A stretch of DNA of 64,000 bases, from contig OY762210.1 of NCBI GenBank assembly GCA_963665255.1, positions 1,090,866-1,154,865 of the forward strand. The letters are read 5' to 3'. This document shows positions 25,807 through 36,212 of this stretch, one piece after another (position 1 is the first letter of the stretch; each line of letters starts with the position of its first letter). The translations under genes and the position numbers were made by a program. Below the pieces are notes generated by a model that saw only the letters and a list, made by a program, of their open reading frames with translations, was not told the origin of the DNA and did not search any database. This DNA comes from Dehalococcoidia bacterium. Its GTDB lineage: Bacteria > Chloroflexota > Dehalococcoidia > Lucifugimonadales > UBA1123.

Positions 25807-28227
25807 TTGATCTGGCTCAAGTGGTCATGGCGAGACCTGCGTTCCAGATGGGTCCAGGTCGCTGCCATTGCGATAGTGATCGCAGTCGGCACCGGTCTGT
25901 TTTCAGGCCTCCGAAGTATGAACGTGTGGCGCGGCCTGTCCAACGAGGCCAGCTACGCTGTGGCCAACACGTTCGACCTCCGCGTTGAACTCAGTGAGGG
26001 CAACCTTGTGGATCGCGGCACCCTGCTGCGTGTCCTATCCGACGTCGACACGGGCTCCGTTGCTGTTGCCGAGGAACGACTGATACTGCCGACGCAGGTC
26101 TCAATTGAGACCGCTGCGGAGACGATTCTAGTTCCTGGGCGCATCGTAGGCGTTGACGTTGCCAATGGCGGTCCCCACGTTAACTCCCTGCACCCACAGG
26201 TAGGAAGGAACCTCACCGAGACTGACGTTGGGTCCAATGTCGTAACCCTGGAGCACAACTTCGCCAAGTTCTATGATCTACCACCTCAGGGCTCAGCCCT
26301 CCTCGCCGGTGCAGAGCCGGTCGAATACGTTGGGCAGTCACTCGCGCCTGAATACTTCTTCGTCGTAACCCCTGAAGGCGGAATACTCGCCCAGGCAAAC
26401 TTTGCGGCAGTCTTTACATCCATGGAAACTGCCCAGCAGCTCACCGGCATGGACCTCAAGGTCAATGACCTCATTCTGAAGCTTGAGCCCGGAGCGGACG
26501 AGGACTTGCTGTACGACTCCATGAGTGAGCGCTTCGGGCAGAATGGTGGAACGGTTACCCGGAGACTCGACGATCCATCGATCAGACTGATGATCGAAGA
26601 CGTGGAAGGCGACCAGCAGTTCAATACCGTGCTCGCCATTGCGATCTTCGGGGGCGCGGTCTTCGCAGCGTTCAACCTGACCAGCCGGATCGTTGACTCC
26701 CAGAGGCGAGAAATCGGTGTGGCAATGGCTCTGGGTGTGCCGACGAGGCTGGTTGCGCTCAGGCCTCTCTTATTCAGCGCACAGGTCGCGCTGCTTGGCG
26801 TGATATTTGGCATCGCGATGGGAATCGGAGTTGCCGAAGCCCTCGGGAGTTATCTGTCCGACTTCCTGCCGCTCCCAGCGTGGCGAACGCCGTTCCAGTT
26901 CGGCGTGTTTGCCGCCGCGGGGGTGATAGGTTTCCTTGTCCCGTTCCTTGCAACCGCCATTCCGGTATGGAACGGAGTCAGAGTGGCCCCAATTGAGGCC
27001 ATCAGGACTGGCCACCTCGCAGATCGGGCCGGTGGGATGCCCAAGCTGCTCTCAATGGTAAGGATTCCAGGACAGACCATAAGGCAGATTCCCTTCAGAA
27101 ACGTGGCCCGAGCACCTCGCCGGACTCTGCTGACCGCCTTGGCGATAGGCGCCATAGTAGCCGTCATGGTGACCGTGCTTGGAATGCTCGACTCTTTCAT
27201 AGAGACAATCGACCGCGTAGGGACCGCTACCGCAGGTACCTCGCCAGACCGCGTAGAGATTGCATTCGATACCGTCTATCCGACGGATTCCCCGTTAGTT
27301 GAGAATATCCTTGACTCGCCGAGTGCCGGTTCGACAGAGACTTTATTTCGTACTGGCGGGTTGCTGTCGCATGGCGAAGAGGCCTTTGAGGTCCTTGTCG
27401 AGTTCATAGACTATGAGAGCGACCTCTGGCTCCCAACAATCGTGGATGGTTCGCTCGATGCCTCCGGTCCGGGCGTCGTGATCGCCGAAAAGGCAGCAGA
27501 CGACCTTGGGATTGGACCCGGAGACATGGTCACACTGAGTCACCCTACTGTGTCCAGCGATGGCGTGTTCAGCCTTGCTCAGTCGGAACTGGAAGTTGTC
27601 GGGCTACATGCGAATCCGCTGAGGATAGGGACTTACGTAGACTGTCGACATTGCGGGTCGCTGGGAGTTGCTGACATGACGAACGTCGTTTTGGCAATGC
27701 CAGCGCCTGGGGTCGAGGTGGACACACTCAAACAGGAGATGTTCGGCCTCCCCGGCGTGGCGTCGGTCCAGAAGGCGACGGCATCGAGTGAGGTGTTTCA
27801 GGACCAGTTCGAGCAGTACACTGGCCTCTTGGGATTTATACTGGCCTTTGTCGTCCTGTTGGCGCTGCTGATCGCATACAACACCGCAAGCATCAACATG
27901 GACGAGAGGCGACGTGAGCACGCGACCATGCTGGCCTACGGACTGCCGGCCCGTACGATTCTGGGTATGGCGATGACTGAGAGCGCTGTACTTGGCCTCA
28001 TAGCGACAGCCTTTGGGATGGTCGGCGGCTACCTGATGCTTCAGTGGGTAGCCAACGTTCTCATGCCAAACGCATTCCCCGACCTTGGACTCCAAATTGT
28101 GTTCAACCCCGCCAGCCTCGTCACGGTTATCGCACTGAGTGTAATCGCTGTAGCTGTCGCCCCCGTTTTCACGATATTCAGACTGAGGAAGACTGACATC
28201 CCATCGACACTTCGGGTAATGGAGTAG
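25807..28227 (+). CDS. ABC transporter permease with two FtsX-like domains (MacB/YbbP-like); no adjacent ATPase
   Basis: A TTG start is preceded by GAGG. The N-terminus is (M)IWLKWSWRDLRSRWVQVAAIAIVIAVGTGLFSGL. Two clusters of 4 TM segments are separated by a large extracytoplasmic domain. The protein is 806 aa. Confidence 0.8.
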   Translation: MIWLKWSWRDLRSRWVQVAAIAIVIAVGTGLFSGLRSMNVWRGLSNEASYAVANTFDLRVELSEGNLVDRGTLLRVLSDVDTGSVAVAEERLILPTQVSIETAAETILVPGRIVGVDVANGGPHVNSLHPQVGRNLTETDVGSNVVTLEHNFAKFYDLPPQGSALLAGAEPVEYVGQSLAPEYFFVVTPEGGILAQANFAAVFTSMETAQQLTGMDLKVNDLILKLEPGADEDLLYDSMSERFGQNGGTVTRRLDDPSIRLMIEDVEGDQQFNTVLAIAIFGGAVFAAFNLTSRIVDSQRREIGVAMALGVPTRLVALRPLLFSAQVALLGVIFGIAMGIGVAEALGSYLSDFLPLPAWRTPFQFGVFAAAGVIGFLVPFLATAIPVWNGVRVAPIEAIRTGHLADRAGGMPKLLSMVRIPGQTIRQIPFRNVARAPRRTLLTALAIGAIVAVMVTVLGMLDSFIETIDRVGTATAGTSPDRVEIAFDTVYPTDSPLVENILDSPSAGSTETLFRTGGLLSHGEEAFEVLVEFIDYESDLWLPTIVDGSLDASGPGVVIAEKAADDLGIGPGDMVTLSHPTVSSDGVFSLAQSELEVVGLHANPLRIGTYVDCRHCGSLGVADMTNVVLAMPAPGVEVDTLKQEMFGLPGVASVQKATASSEVFQDQFEQYTGLLGFILAFVVLLALLIAYNTASINMDERRREHATMLAYGLPARTILGMAMTESAVLGLIATAFGMVGGYLMLQWVANVLMPNAFPDLGLQIVFNPASLVTVIALSVIAVAVAPVFTIFRLRKTDIPSTLRVME

Positions 28228-28255
28228 CAGAACTCCAGACCATGACGTTATCACA

Positions 28256-29254
28256 TTGATTCAGTTGATATACGGAGATGACCTGGTAGGGGTCGAGGAG
28301 GCCCTGGCCGAGAGGATGGCTAACTCCGGCTCCGATGATCTGCGCGACATCAACCAGATCACTCTTCGTGCCGACGACCTGACACCAGACTCTGTGATGG
28401 CAGCGGCTTTCACTGTGCCTTTCATGGCCGACCGGCGGACCGTCGTCGTCAAGGACCTGCTTACAAGGTTTGAGCGAGGCAGGCCCCGGCGGGGCTCGTC
28501 GTCTGCTGGAGGCAGAGACCCCCTGGGTGAGTGGTCAAGTCTGCTGGACCAGCTTGGCGCCATGCCGCCTACCACCGATCTTCTCTTTGTGGACGGCGGA
28601 CTGTCGGGGAACAACCCAATGCTCAGGCGGCTGTCGCCGATGTCCGATGTGCACGAGTTCAGGATGCCATCCGACCGTGACCTGCCGGGGTGGATAGCCA
28701 ATCGCGCTAATAGGATCGGCGTAAACATCGACCGGAACGCATGTGCCGTATTGGCGGATGCAGTAGGACGCCAGCCCATGCTTATTGACTCAGAGCTTCA
28801 TAAGCTCGCACTCTACTGCGGGGACAGACCGGCGTCCGCAGAGGATGTCAGGGAAATGGTCGCCTACGTTCGGGAAGCCAACATATTCCAGGCTGTCGAC
28901 GCCGTCATCGACGGCAGGTCCGACGTTGCCCTACGGCTGATCGGCCGAATTATGGACGACGGCAACCCGGCGGTCTATGTCATGACCATGATCGCTAGGC
29001 AGATTCGTCTACTGCTAATGGCCAACGACTTGATGGGCAGGGGTGAACCGCAGGATCAGTTAGGTCGCCGCAGCCGTCTCTCGGGATGGGTACTGAACAA
29101 GACGCTCCAACAGGCCCGCCGTACCAGCCAGCAGAACCTGGAATATATGCACGAACGGCTGGTGGAGACCGATCTGCTTCTGAAGACCAAGCCGATCGAC
29201 GAGCAACTCGCACTGGAGATGCTCGTCGCCGAGTTGACCACGCACCGCTTCTAA
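28256..29254 (+). CDS. holA: DNA polymerase III delta subunit (HolA)-like
   Basis: The size and pattern fit: (M)IQLIYGDD..., ...DSELHKLALY..., ...ANIFQAVDAVIDG...A..L....D.G..P..V..MIARQIRLL. The start is TTG and no SD is visible. Confidence 0.6.
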   Translation: MIQLIYGDDLVGVEEALAERMANSGSDDLRDINQITLRADDLTPDSVMAAAFTVPFMADRRTVVVKDLLTRFERGRPRRGSSSAGGRDPLGEWSSLLDQLGAMPPTTDLLFVDGGLSGNNPMLRRLSPMSDVHEFRMPSDRDLPGWIANRANRIGVNIDRNACAVLADAVGRQPMLIDSELHKLALYCGDRPASAEDVREMVAYVREANIFQAVDAVIDGRSDVALRLIGRIMDDGNPAVYVMTMIARQIRLLLMANDLMGRGEPQDQLGRRSRLSGWVLNKTLQQARRTSQQNLEYMHERLVETDLLLKTKPIDEQLALEMLVAELTTHRF

Positions 29255-29299
29255 TGCGAGGCAATGCGGAGTCCGAGTCCTCGGACTCCGACGTCTTCG

Positions 29300-30169
29300 T
29301 TAGATCGTGAAGCTGTCCAGGAGCTGGGACACGGGCCGTGCTGGGGCCTTCTCTGAGATCTCGTCGATCCTCTGGTCGAACGTAAGACGGTCGGTGTCCT
29401 TATAGACAACACCGAGAGGGACGCCTGGCGCCGACGCTATCTGGAAAGCTGCTTCCGGATCAGTCTCGTCATAGTCGTCTGGGATGTCGTATGCGATCCC
29501 GGGGATGCCCTTGCGGCTATTGCCCCTCAGCAGGTCGTAGGTATTGTTGTATTCGGTGCATGGTGACTGGACGTGGACGATGGCGAAACCGGGATGTTCC
29601 ATCGCTTCAGACATCATTGCGGACATTGGGCGAACCTGGCTCGACATCGTGGAAGCTATGTACGAGACGCCCATGCTCAGATACATCTGGAACGGGTTGA
29701 GCTTCTCTTCGGCTTTGCCGAATGGTGTTGAGCTGGTGACCACGCCAAGCTCAGTCGTTGGCGAGCTCTGGCCCTTGGTGAGACCGTAGACGCCGTTGTC
29801 CATAACCACTGCGGTAACGTTGAGGTTGCGGGCCGCCTGTGGTCCTATGTGCTCGAAGCCGATGCCGAGGAAGTCGCCATCGCCAGCTACCACCACCACG
29901 TTCAGGTCCGGTCGGGCCATCTTCACGCCCATCGCGATGGGTAGTGAGCGACCGTGGATCCCGTGGAAGCCGTATGGCTGCTCGTCGCTCTCGAGCATGT
30001 GGACCATGTTCCCGGAGCAGCCGATGCCGGCCACGACCACGTTGTTCTCCATAGGCGCCTCTGTCTCAGACACGCGGAGTTGGAGGGCCCCCTCAAGGGC
30101 ACGGCGTACACCAAAGTCGCCGCAGCCTGGGCACCACTTGAAATCGTACTCAGGGTTCTTCGAGGTCAT
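29300..30169 (-). CDS. korB: 2-oxoacid:ferredoxin oxidoreductase, beta subunit
   Basis: The motifs WCPGCGDFG, the TPP-binding region GDGD..GIG and GLTKGQ are present. Confidence 0.9.
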   Translation of the reverse strand: MTSKNPEYDFKWCPGCGDFGVRRALEGALQLRVSETEAPMENNVVVAGIGCSGNMVHMLESDEQPYGFHGIHGRSLPIAMGVKMARPDLNVVVVAGDGDFLGIGFEHIGPQAARNLNVTAVVMDNGVYGLTKGQSSPTTELGVVTSSTPFGKAEEKLNPFQMYLSMGVSYIASTMSSQVRPMSAMMSEAMEHPGFAIVHVQSPCTEYNNTYDLLRGNSRKGIPGIAYDIPDDYDETDPEAAFQIASAPGVPLGVVYKDTDRLTFDQRIDEISEKAPARPVSQLLDSFTI

Positions 30170-31890
30170 GCTGGCACACTCTCCTTCTGCTGGATGCCTG
30201 CCTTTTCAGTTATGGCCTGCACCAGGTCTTTCGTCTTGAAGGGCAGTCCGGTGATCTGCGTAATGGACTCGGCGTTGATTCCGAGCATCCTCAGATGTGC
30301 GGACATCTGGCCCATGAAGTTGAGTTCAGGGACGATCACCAGGTCCTTGCTTCGCAGTTCCTCCACCATTCCGTTGGGAAGCGGATTCAGGAACATCGTG
30401 TAGTACCAACCCAGGTCCGCGCCCTGTGCTGTGAGTTCACGCCATGCTCCAAGTGCGGGCCCCTTGGAGCCGCCCCAGGGCATCACTGCGACGCTTGCCG
30501 ACGTGTTCTCGCTCTCGTAGGAGCCGTCCTTCAGCAGGTCGAGCTTGCTGAACCGGCGCGTGGTCATCTGGATGTGGCGTTCAGGCCTGTGGGTGGTGTC
30601 ACCCATGCCGTCGTGCTCCGACCCATTGGCGACGTACGAGCCCGGCCCACCCGGTATGGGCATCGGGGAGATCTCCCAGCTTTCATACCTGTGATAGCCG
30701 TTAGTGCCCTGGTAGGTCTTTCTACCTTCGACATTGATCTTCGACAGGTCTGGCTTAGGAATGTTCTGGTTGCGCTCAGACAACATGTGCTCGCTCAGGA
30801 TCACGACGGGACCCTGGTACCGCTCCGCCCAGTTGAGCGCATGGATCGCGGCGTAGAAGCACTCTTCGACGGTGCCCGGAGCGATGATCGGAAGCTGCAC
30901 GTCGCCGTGGCCCGGGTACATCGCGGTCATCAGGTCGGACTGCTCTGTCTTGGTGGGAAGACCCGTGGACGGACCACCGCGCTGGATGTCAGCGACGACC
31001 AGCGGAATCTCAGCCATCCATGCGAGTCCGAGTCCTTCGCTCATTAGGGAGAAACCTGGCCCGGCCGTCCCTGTCATCGCCTTCTTGCCCGCGAATCCGG
31101 CGCCTACGATGCTGGTGATCGACTCGATCTCAGACGTCGCCTGATACACGAATTTGCCGGGTCCCGCGAGGTTGCTCTCCAGCCACACGAGCAGTGAAGT
31201 GGCCGGCGAGATCGGGTACCCGACATAGACGTCGAGCCCGGCCGCCATCGCACCTACGGCCAGCGCCTGGTTGCCGTTGATCAGAATCTGGTCAATTCCG
31301 GGAGGAATCGGGTCTGCCAGCTCTCCGAGACTGAACCCGCTCTTCTCCGCCTCTGCGCGGCCGAGTGCGAGCGCCTGATGGTTCGACTCGATGATCTGCT
31401 GGTCGTTCGGACGACCCCGCGTGAACCGATTGGTCACGAAGTCCTCGAGGATCACCTGCCTGATGTTCACTAGGTAAGCGAGCGCGCCCATAACGATCAT
31501 GTTCGCCGCCCGAGCGTTGCCCGTAGAGCGGGCCAGCTCATCGAACGGCATGCCAAAGCTCTTGCCGTCTGGCTCGAGATCGACTTCCTCGGAGTTGAAT
31601 ATGATCACCCCGGAATCCGAGACTTCGTCCTTGTGAGTCTCGTAGGCATACTCATCGAACGCGACCAACACGTCCAACTCGTCACCGGAGCTCAGAACTT
31701 CCTCGGTCGCGATGCGAGTCTGTGTCCAAACCGGACCGCCCCTGATCTGGGATGGGAACGTCGAGAACGTTTGCACGTAGTACCCTACCTGCGCGTTGGC
31801 TTGGGCAAAGCCCTCAGCCGACGTCACGACGCCTGCGCCGCCTTCTCCGGCGAACCGGACTACAAAATCTGTTTTCTTCAATTCACTCAC
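30166..31890 (-). CDS. korA: 2-oxoacid:ferredoxin oxidoreductase, alpha subunit (gamma-alpha fusion type)
   Basis: An N-terminal gamma-like domain (FAGEGGAGVVT) is followed by the alpha domain (GYPISPAT...). It shares a 4-nt overlap with korB. The start is GTG at 31890, or TTG at 31881 with a better-spaced GGGAG. Confidence 0.9.
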   Translation of the reverse strand: MSELKKTDFVVRFAGEGGAGVVTSAEGFAQANAQVGYYVQTFSTFPSQIRGGPVWTQTRIATEEVLSSGDELDVLVAFDEYAYETHKDEVSDSGVIIFNSEEVDLEPDGKSFGMPFDELARSTGNARAANMIVMGALAYLVNIRQVILEDFVTNRFTRGRPNDQQIIESNHQALALGRAEAEKSGFSLGELADPIPPGIDQILINGNQALAVGAMAAGLDVYVGYPISPATSLLVWLESNLAGPGKFVYQATSEIESITSIVGAGFAGKKAMTGTAGPGFSLMSEGLGLAWMAEIPLVVADIQRGGPSTGLPTKTEQSDLMTAMYPGHGDVQLPIIAPGTVEECFYAAIHALNWAERYQGPVVILSEHMLSERNQNIPKPDLSKINVEGRKTYQGTNGYHRYESWEISPMPIPGGPGSYVANGSEHDGMGDTTHRPERHIQMTTRRFSKLDLLKDGSYESENTSASVAVMPWGGSKGPALGAWRELTAQGADLGWYYTMFLNPLPNGMVEELRSKDLVIVPELNFMGQMSAHLRMLGINAESITQITGLPFKTKDLVQAITEKAGIQQKESVPA

Positions 31891-32228
31891 TCCCTGCTGG
31901 CCTTGGCCGCGCTAAGCGCGGGTGGCGCACATAGCCACCCGTCGCAGCTACATCAGACTGGAGTCATTCAATGCACGCGCGGCCTTTGGCGTGCCTTCAA
32001 ACAGTACGGCCCTCCGGAGCTTCGTCTGGCGGGCCGTTAAATTACCTCTATGGTCAGTGGGCAATTGCTGTGTTGTGGTGCTTTCGCGGCAGGCGACTCG
32101 CGAGGTCGCGCTGTTGTATTTGAACGCATCTACCGCACACTTGAATATATCAGGGCTGATTTTGGAGTGTCAATTGCGATGAAGGTTCCAGGGAGGGCCA
32201 AACCTGTTTGGTAGACGGTTCTTTTCAC

Positions 32229-33134
32229 TCACTCTTGGGAGATATCCCTTATGCCATCCGCCAACGAAATCCGCGGTTCCCACCCAAGCATGGACTTTGC
32301 CCTCGAGCAGTCCGAAGACTTCCGGAGCTCCTCGAACTCGCCCCTCGGATTCGGGATGATGTGCTCCACCTCGCCCCCGATCATTGCGGCGATCTCGTTC
32401 ACCGACGTCTCTTCGTTCGGACCGATGTTCAGAACCACGTTCTCGCCCACGGGAAGCTCCTCGCTCGCCGCCAGCACATTGGCCCGTACTACGTCGGACA
32501 CGTGCGTGTAGCTCCTCGTCTGTTCGCCGTCTCCGTAGATCGTCAGCGGCCTGCCCTCGTCCCGCAGCTTGAGGAATCGAGGGATGACCAGCACGTACGC
32601 CCCTGTCGCCGTCTGACCCGGACCGTACACGTTGAAGTACCGGAGCGACACCACGCTCATCCCGAACAGCCGCGCGAACATGGCCCCGTACTGCTCGCCG
32701 ATGTACTTGTGCAGCGCATACGGCGACTTCGGATTCGGCTCCATGTCCTCCTGCATCAGATGCGTGTCCTGGTCCCCATAGACACTCGACGACGACGAGT
32801 ACACGACCCTCCCGACGTCGTTCTCCCGAGCCGCCTGCAGCACGTTCAGCGTGCCGTTCACGTTGACCGCATGAGTGCCGACAGGATCCTCGATCGACCT
32901 CGGCACCCGAGCCCAGGCCGCTGTGTGGTACACGCAGTCGGCCCCTTCGGTTGCGGCTTTGAGCAGTTCCAGGTCAGTCACCGACCCTTCGATCAGCGTA
33001 GCTTCAGGGTTGACACTCCTGCCCTCACTCGTGGACAGATCGTCGACCACCACTACCTCGTGCCCAAGCTCCACGAGCCTGTCCACAAGGTGAGAACCAA
33101 TAAATCCGCATCCGCCGGTAACAACGTGTTTCAT
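32229..33134 (-). CDS. NAD-dependent nucleotide-sugar epimerase/dehydratase (extended SDR)
   Basis: The motifs MKHVVTGGCGFIGSHLVDRLV, the catalytic YALHKY (YxxxK) and the ending ...LGWEPRISLADGI are present. Confidence 0.85.
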   Translation of the reverse strand: MKHVVTGGCGFIGSHLVDRLVELGHEVVVVDDLSTSEGRSVNPEATLIEGSVTDLELLKAATEGADCVYHTAAWARVPRSIEDPVGTHAVNVNGTLNVLQAARENDVGRVVYSSSSSVYGDQDTHLMQEDMEPNPKSPYALHKYIGEQYGAMFARLFGMSVVSLRYFNVYGPGQTATGAYVLVIPRFLKLRDEGRPLTIYGDGEQTRSYTHVSDVVRANVLAASEELPVGENVVLNIGPNEETSVNEIAAMIGGEVEHIIPNPRGEFEELRKSSDCSRAKSMLGWEPRISLADGIRDISQE

Positions 33135-33240
33135 TTTCGGAGAAGTCTTAGAGAAGGGAGTGAAAGTGGTTGGCAGTCCGACGGTTCATGCTACCATATC
33201 AGCGGTGGTCAACCCGGATTCCCCTCACGCTGAGTCTGTA

Positions 33241-34440
33241 ATGCAGCCTCCGAAAGTCATGATTCTCTGCAGTAGCTTCTTGCCTACTATTGGAGGTGCT
33301 CAGTATGAACTCAAGTGGTTCTTGGACTATCTGGACAGAATGAGGCCCTCTTCGACAGGTATCGACCTTCACTTTGCATATCCCAATGAGACATCCCGCC
33401 AGTTTGCCCGATTCGACAGCATCGCTACCCATGAGCTCAATCTGCAAGATAGAAGAATGTCATCTGTGGCACGAATGATCTCTAGGTTGGGCAAGCTGCT
33501 GCGACGCATCCGGCCTGACGTGGTCCACTGCCATGGAGTGCTACCAACTGGAGCATGGGTTCTACTCGCCAGTAGGACATTCGGGGTGAAGACTAAGATA
33601 GTTGCGACTTCACACGGCGATGACATCGTGAGCCTACCGGAGTATTCCTATGGCAGTCGTACGAGCCTACGATCTAGGCTTAGTGCAAGACTTGTGACAG
33701 GAAGACTTGAGCGTCACATACTCCCCAGTCGTGCCATGATCGAGTTTGCGCTTGATGCAGGCACCGCGGAGAACCGGATTACTGTAATCCCAAATGGAGT
33801 CCCAGTAGGAAATGAGTACGATTTTGAAGTCGGAGATGGGATAATCCCCTCAGAGGTTTCTCAATTTGGTAACAATGGTGCAGGACTAAACATCCTATGC
33901 CTATCGAGTGCCAGGCGGATAAAGAACCTTGATTCATTGATCGAAGCATTTGCCTTGGCCAGGGATCAACTTGGCAACTCAAGACTGCTGCTCACGTGTA
34001 CTGATGACCGAATCATCAGACTCGTCGAAGACAAAGGCCTTTCATCCCACGTCACATTCATCGGGGAAGTGACAGGCCAGGAGAAGCACGATTTCTTCCT
34101 AAACAGCGATGTCCTGTGCGTTGTCTCGCATTTCGAGAGCTTTGCGTTAACCGCCTTGGAGGGCATGAAACATGGCTGCGTAGTTGTCGCGGCAAAGGTC
34201 GGAGGCATACCTGAGTTTGTCAGGCACGAACATAACGGCTTACTGCTCTCGAGCGGAGACCCAGGTCACATCGCTTCGGCACTGGTCAAACTCGCGAAGG
34301 ACAGGAAGCTCCGCAGTCATCTTGTCGAACAGGGCTTTCAGACTGTTCAGCGGTACTCCATGTCCCGGATAGTTACCGAACACCTGGAGATGTATAGGAC
34401 CCTCGCGATGCAGGCGCATGGAAGAGTTTACGCAGAATGA
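33241..34440 (+). CDS. Glycosyltransferase, GT4 (GT-B, group 1)
   Basis: The start at M28 gives MQPPKVMILCSSFLPTIGGAQ. The C-terminal motif is SHFESFALTALEGMKHGCVVVAAKVGGIPEFV (the EX7E region). Confidence 0.8.
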   Translation: MQPPKVMILCSSFLPTIGGAQYELKWFLDYLDRMRPSSTGIDLHFAYPNETSRQFARFDSIATHELNLQDRRMSSVARMISRLGKLLRRIRPDVVHCHGVLPTGAWVLLASRTFGVKTKIVATSHGDDIVSLPEYSYGSRTSLRSRLSARLVTGRLERHILPSRAMIEFALDAGTAENRITVIPNGVPVGNEYDFEVGDGIIPSEVSQFGNNGAGLNILCLSSARRIKNLDSLIEAFALARDQLGNSRLLLTCTDDRIIRLVEDKGLSSHVTFIGEVTGQEKHDFFLNSDVLCVVSHFESFALTALEGMKHGCVVVAAKVGGIPEFVRHEHNGLLLSSGDPGHIASALVKLAKDRKLRSHLVEQGFQTVQRYSMSRIVTEHLEMYRTLAMQAHGRVYAE

Positions 34441-36212
34441 GGGATTTCGCCTACCTGGTCGGATACCTCTATTCCGCCATTCGGTGGCGGCTCTTCATCT
34501 GGCTCGCCCTGATCGTCTTGGCGTCGCTCCTTGAGGGCGTCACACTCGGCCTTTTCCTCCCCATAATCGCTGGTGCCGACTCTGAATCCCCCCTTCACCG
34601 CCTGTTTACCTCAGCATTCAACAACCTCGGCATCGATTACACCCTCCCTCTCGCACTCGCAGCAATGGCGGCTCTGTATGCTCTCAGGACTGCTTTGGTC
34701 TTCATTCAGGAGATTTACGTCGCCAAGTTAATCGCCGGTCTCATGGTCGACATAAAGACGCGGACCGTCGATAAACTCCTGAAGGCCGACTACCAGTACT
34801 TCACCAAGAGGGGCATCGGGTACTTCAACAACGCCGTAACCGTCGAGTTCACAAACCTCACCAGCGCCTTCAATTTCTGCACACAAGCAACTGTCGCGGC
34901 TGGATTCACCGTTACCTACGTTGTACTGGCCCTGTTTGTCAATCCACTTCTGACGGTAGCTTTTGTCATTTTCTCCGTGCCGGCGTACTTCGTGCTGAGC
35001 GCAGTCTTTCGGCTGGTTCAACGCGTCTCGGTTCTGAATACTGAGAATAACACGTTACTCCAGTCGCACTTGATCCAGTCCCTGAACGGCTTTAAGTACT
35101 TTAAGGCGACCGCCTCGACAAGTGGAATGTGGCGCGCGGTGTCGTCGGCCGTAGGAGAACAGGGGCGCCTTTTCTATGCCCAACGCCGTCTCGCCTCGGT
35201 GGTCCGCAACAGCATTGACCTGGTGACAGTCCTTCTAATCGTCCTTCTGCTGTTCTACTACGTCGAAATTGTGGGAACAGCATTTGTCGAAATGCTGTTT
35301 GTGCTGCTCATTCTCCGCCGCACGGTCACGTTCGCTCAGAGTGCCCAGAGAACCTTCCAGCGTGTCTTGGATGTCTCCGGTTGCGTCAGGCTGTTCCGCG
35401 GCTTAGAGGGCGAGCTGTCCAATAACGAGGAAACATTCGAATCCGACGCTGTACTACCCGACTTCAACCTGCCCATACGACTCAAAGATGTGTCCTTCGC
35501 CTACGATGGCTCACCGTCAGTTCTTGACAACGTAAGCCTTGTGATACCACCCAGGGGCAAAGTGGCGTTTGTTGGCGCGTCAGGATCGGGGAAGACGACA
35601 TTGGCCACCCTTCTCACAGGTATCCTCAGACCAACGTCCGGCGTTATCTCACTTGGTGACGTGCCGTACAGCCGCATCGATCAGGCCAAGTTGCGTGAGG
35701 GTATTGGATATGTCACCCAAGAGAGTGTCATCTTCAACGACACAATCAGTAGCAACGTAAACCTCTGGGATGAGGCCCGAGATAACTTGGCGAAAGTAGA
35801 ATGCGCTGCCAGGGCGGCCCATGCTGACATGTTCGTTGACCAGCTTCCTCATGGCTACGACACCCTCCTGGGAGACAATGGAATGAAGATCTCCGGCGGA
35901 CAGCGTCAGAGAGTTGCAATAGCCCGTGAACTGTATAAGGAAGCGAGGGTACTTATCTTAGACGAGGGCACCAGTGCGCTTGACAGCGAGTCCGAGAGGA
36001 TCATTCAACACAATATCGACCAACTTCGAGAGGACACCACGCTGGTGCTCATTGCCCATAGACTGTCCACTGTGAGAAATAGCGACATGATTTTCGTGCT
36101 GGAGGACGGTCAGATCGTCGAGCAGGGCACATATGACTACTTGTATGCCATCGAAGGTAGGTTCACGAAGATGGTCAATCAGCAGGGAGCCGCAGGAACA
36201 ACGAAACAATGA
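34437..36212 (+). CDS. ABC exporter, fused TMD-NBD half-transporter (MsbA/PglK-like)
   Basis: A six-TM N-terminal domain is followed by Walker A GASGSGKTT, the signature ISGGQRQRVAIAREL, Walker B VLILDEGTSALD and the H-loop IAHRL. It shares a 4-nt overlap with both neighbours. Confidence 0.9.
   Translation: MRDFAYLVGYLYSAIRWRLFIWLALIVLASLLEGVTLGLFLPIIAGADSESPLHRLFTSAFNNLGIDYTLPLALAAMAALYALRTALVFIQEIYVAKLIAGLMVDIKTRTVDKLLKADYQYFTKRGIGYFNNAVTVEFTNLTSAFNFCTQATVAAGFTVTYVVLALFVNPLLTVAFVIFSVPAYFVLSAVFRLVQRVSVLNTENNTLLQSHLIQSLNGFKYFKATASTSGMWRAVSSAVGEQGRLFYAQRRLASVVRNSIDLVTVLLIVLLLFYYVEIVGTAFVEMLFVLLILRRTVTFAQSAQRTFQRVLDVSGCVRLFRGLEGELSNNEETFESDAVLPDFNLPIRLKDVSFAYDGSPSVLDNVSLVIPPRGKVAFVGASGSGKTTLATLLTGILRPTSGVISLGDVPYSRIDQAKLREGIGYVTQESVIFNDTISSNVNLWDEARDNLAKVECAARAAHADMFVDQLPHGYDTLLGDNGMKISGGQRQRVAIARELYKEARVLILDEGTSALDSESERIIQHNIDQLREDTTLVLIAHRLSTVRNSDMIFVLEDGQIVEQGTYDYLYAIEGRFTKMVNQQGAAGTTKQ

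Noticed and set aside
32208-33233. A 341-aa plus-strand ORF covering the entire epimerase gene on the opposite strand
   Set aside because: The translation is Arg/Pro/His/Val-rich, with no recognisable motifs and no SD. It is the mirror frame of a clearly identifiable minus-strand extended-SDR gene. Such stop-free antisense frames are expected in GC-rich coding DNA.
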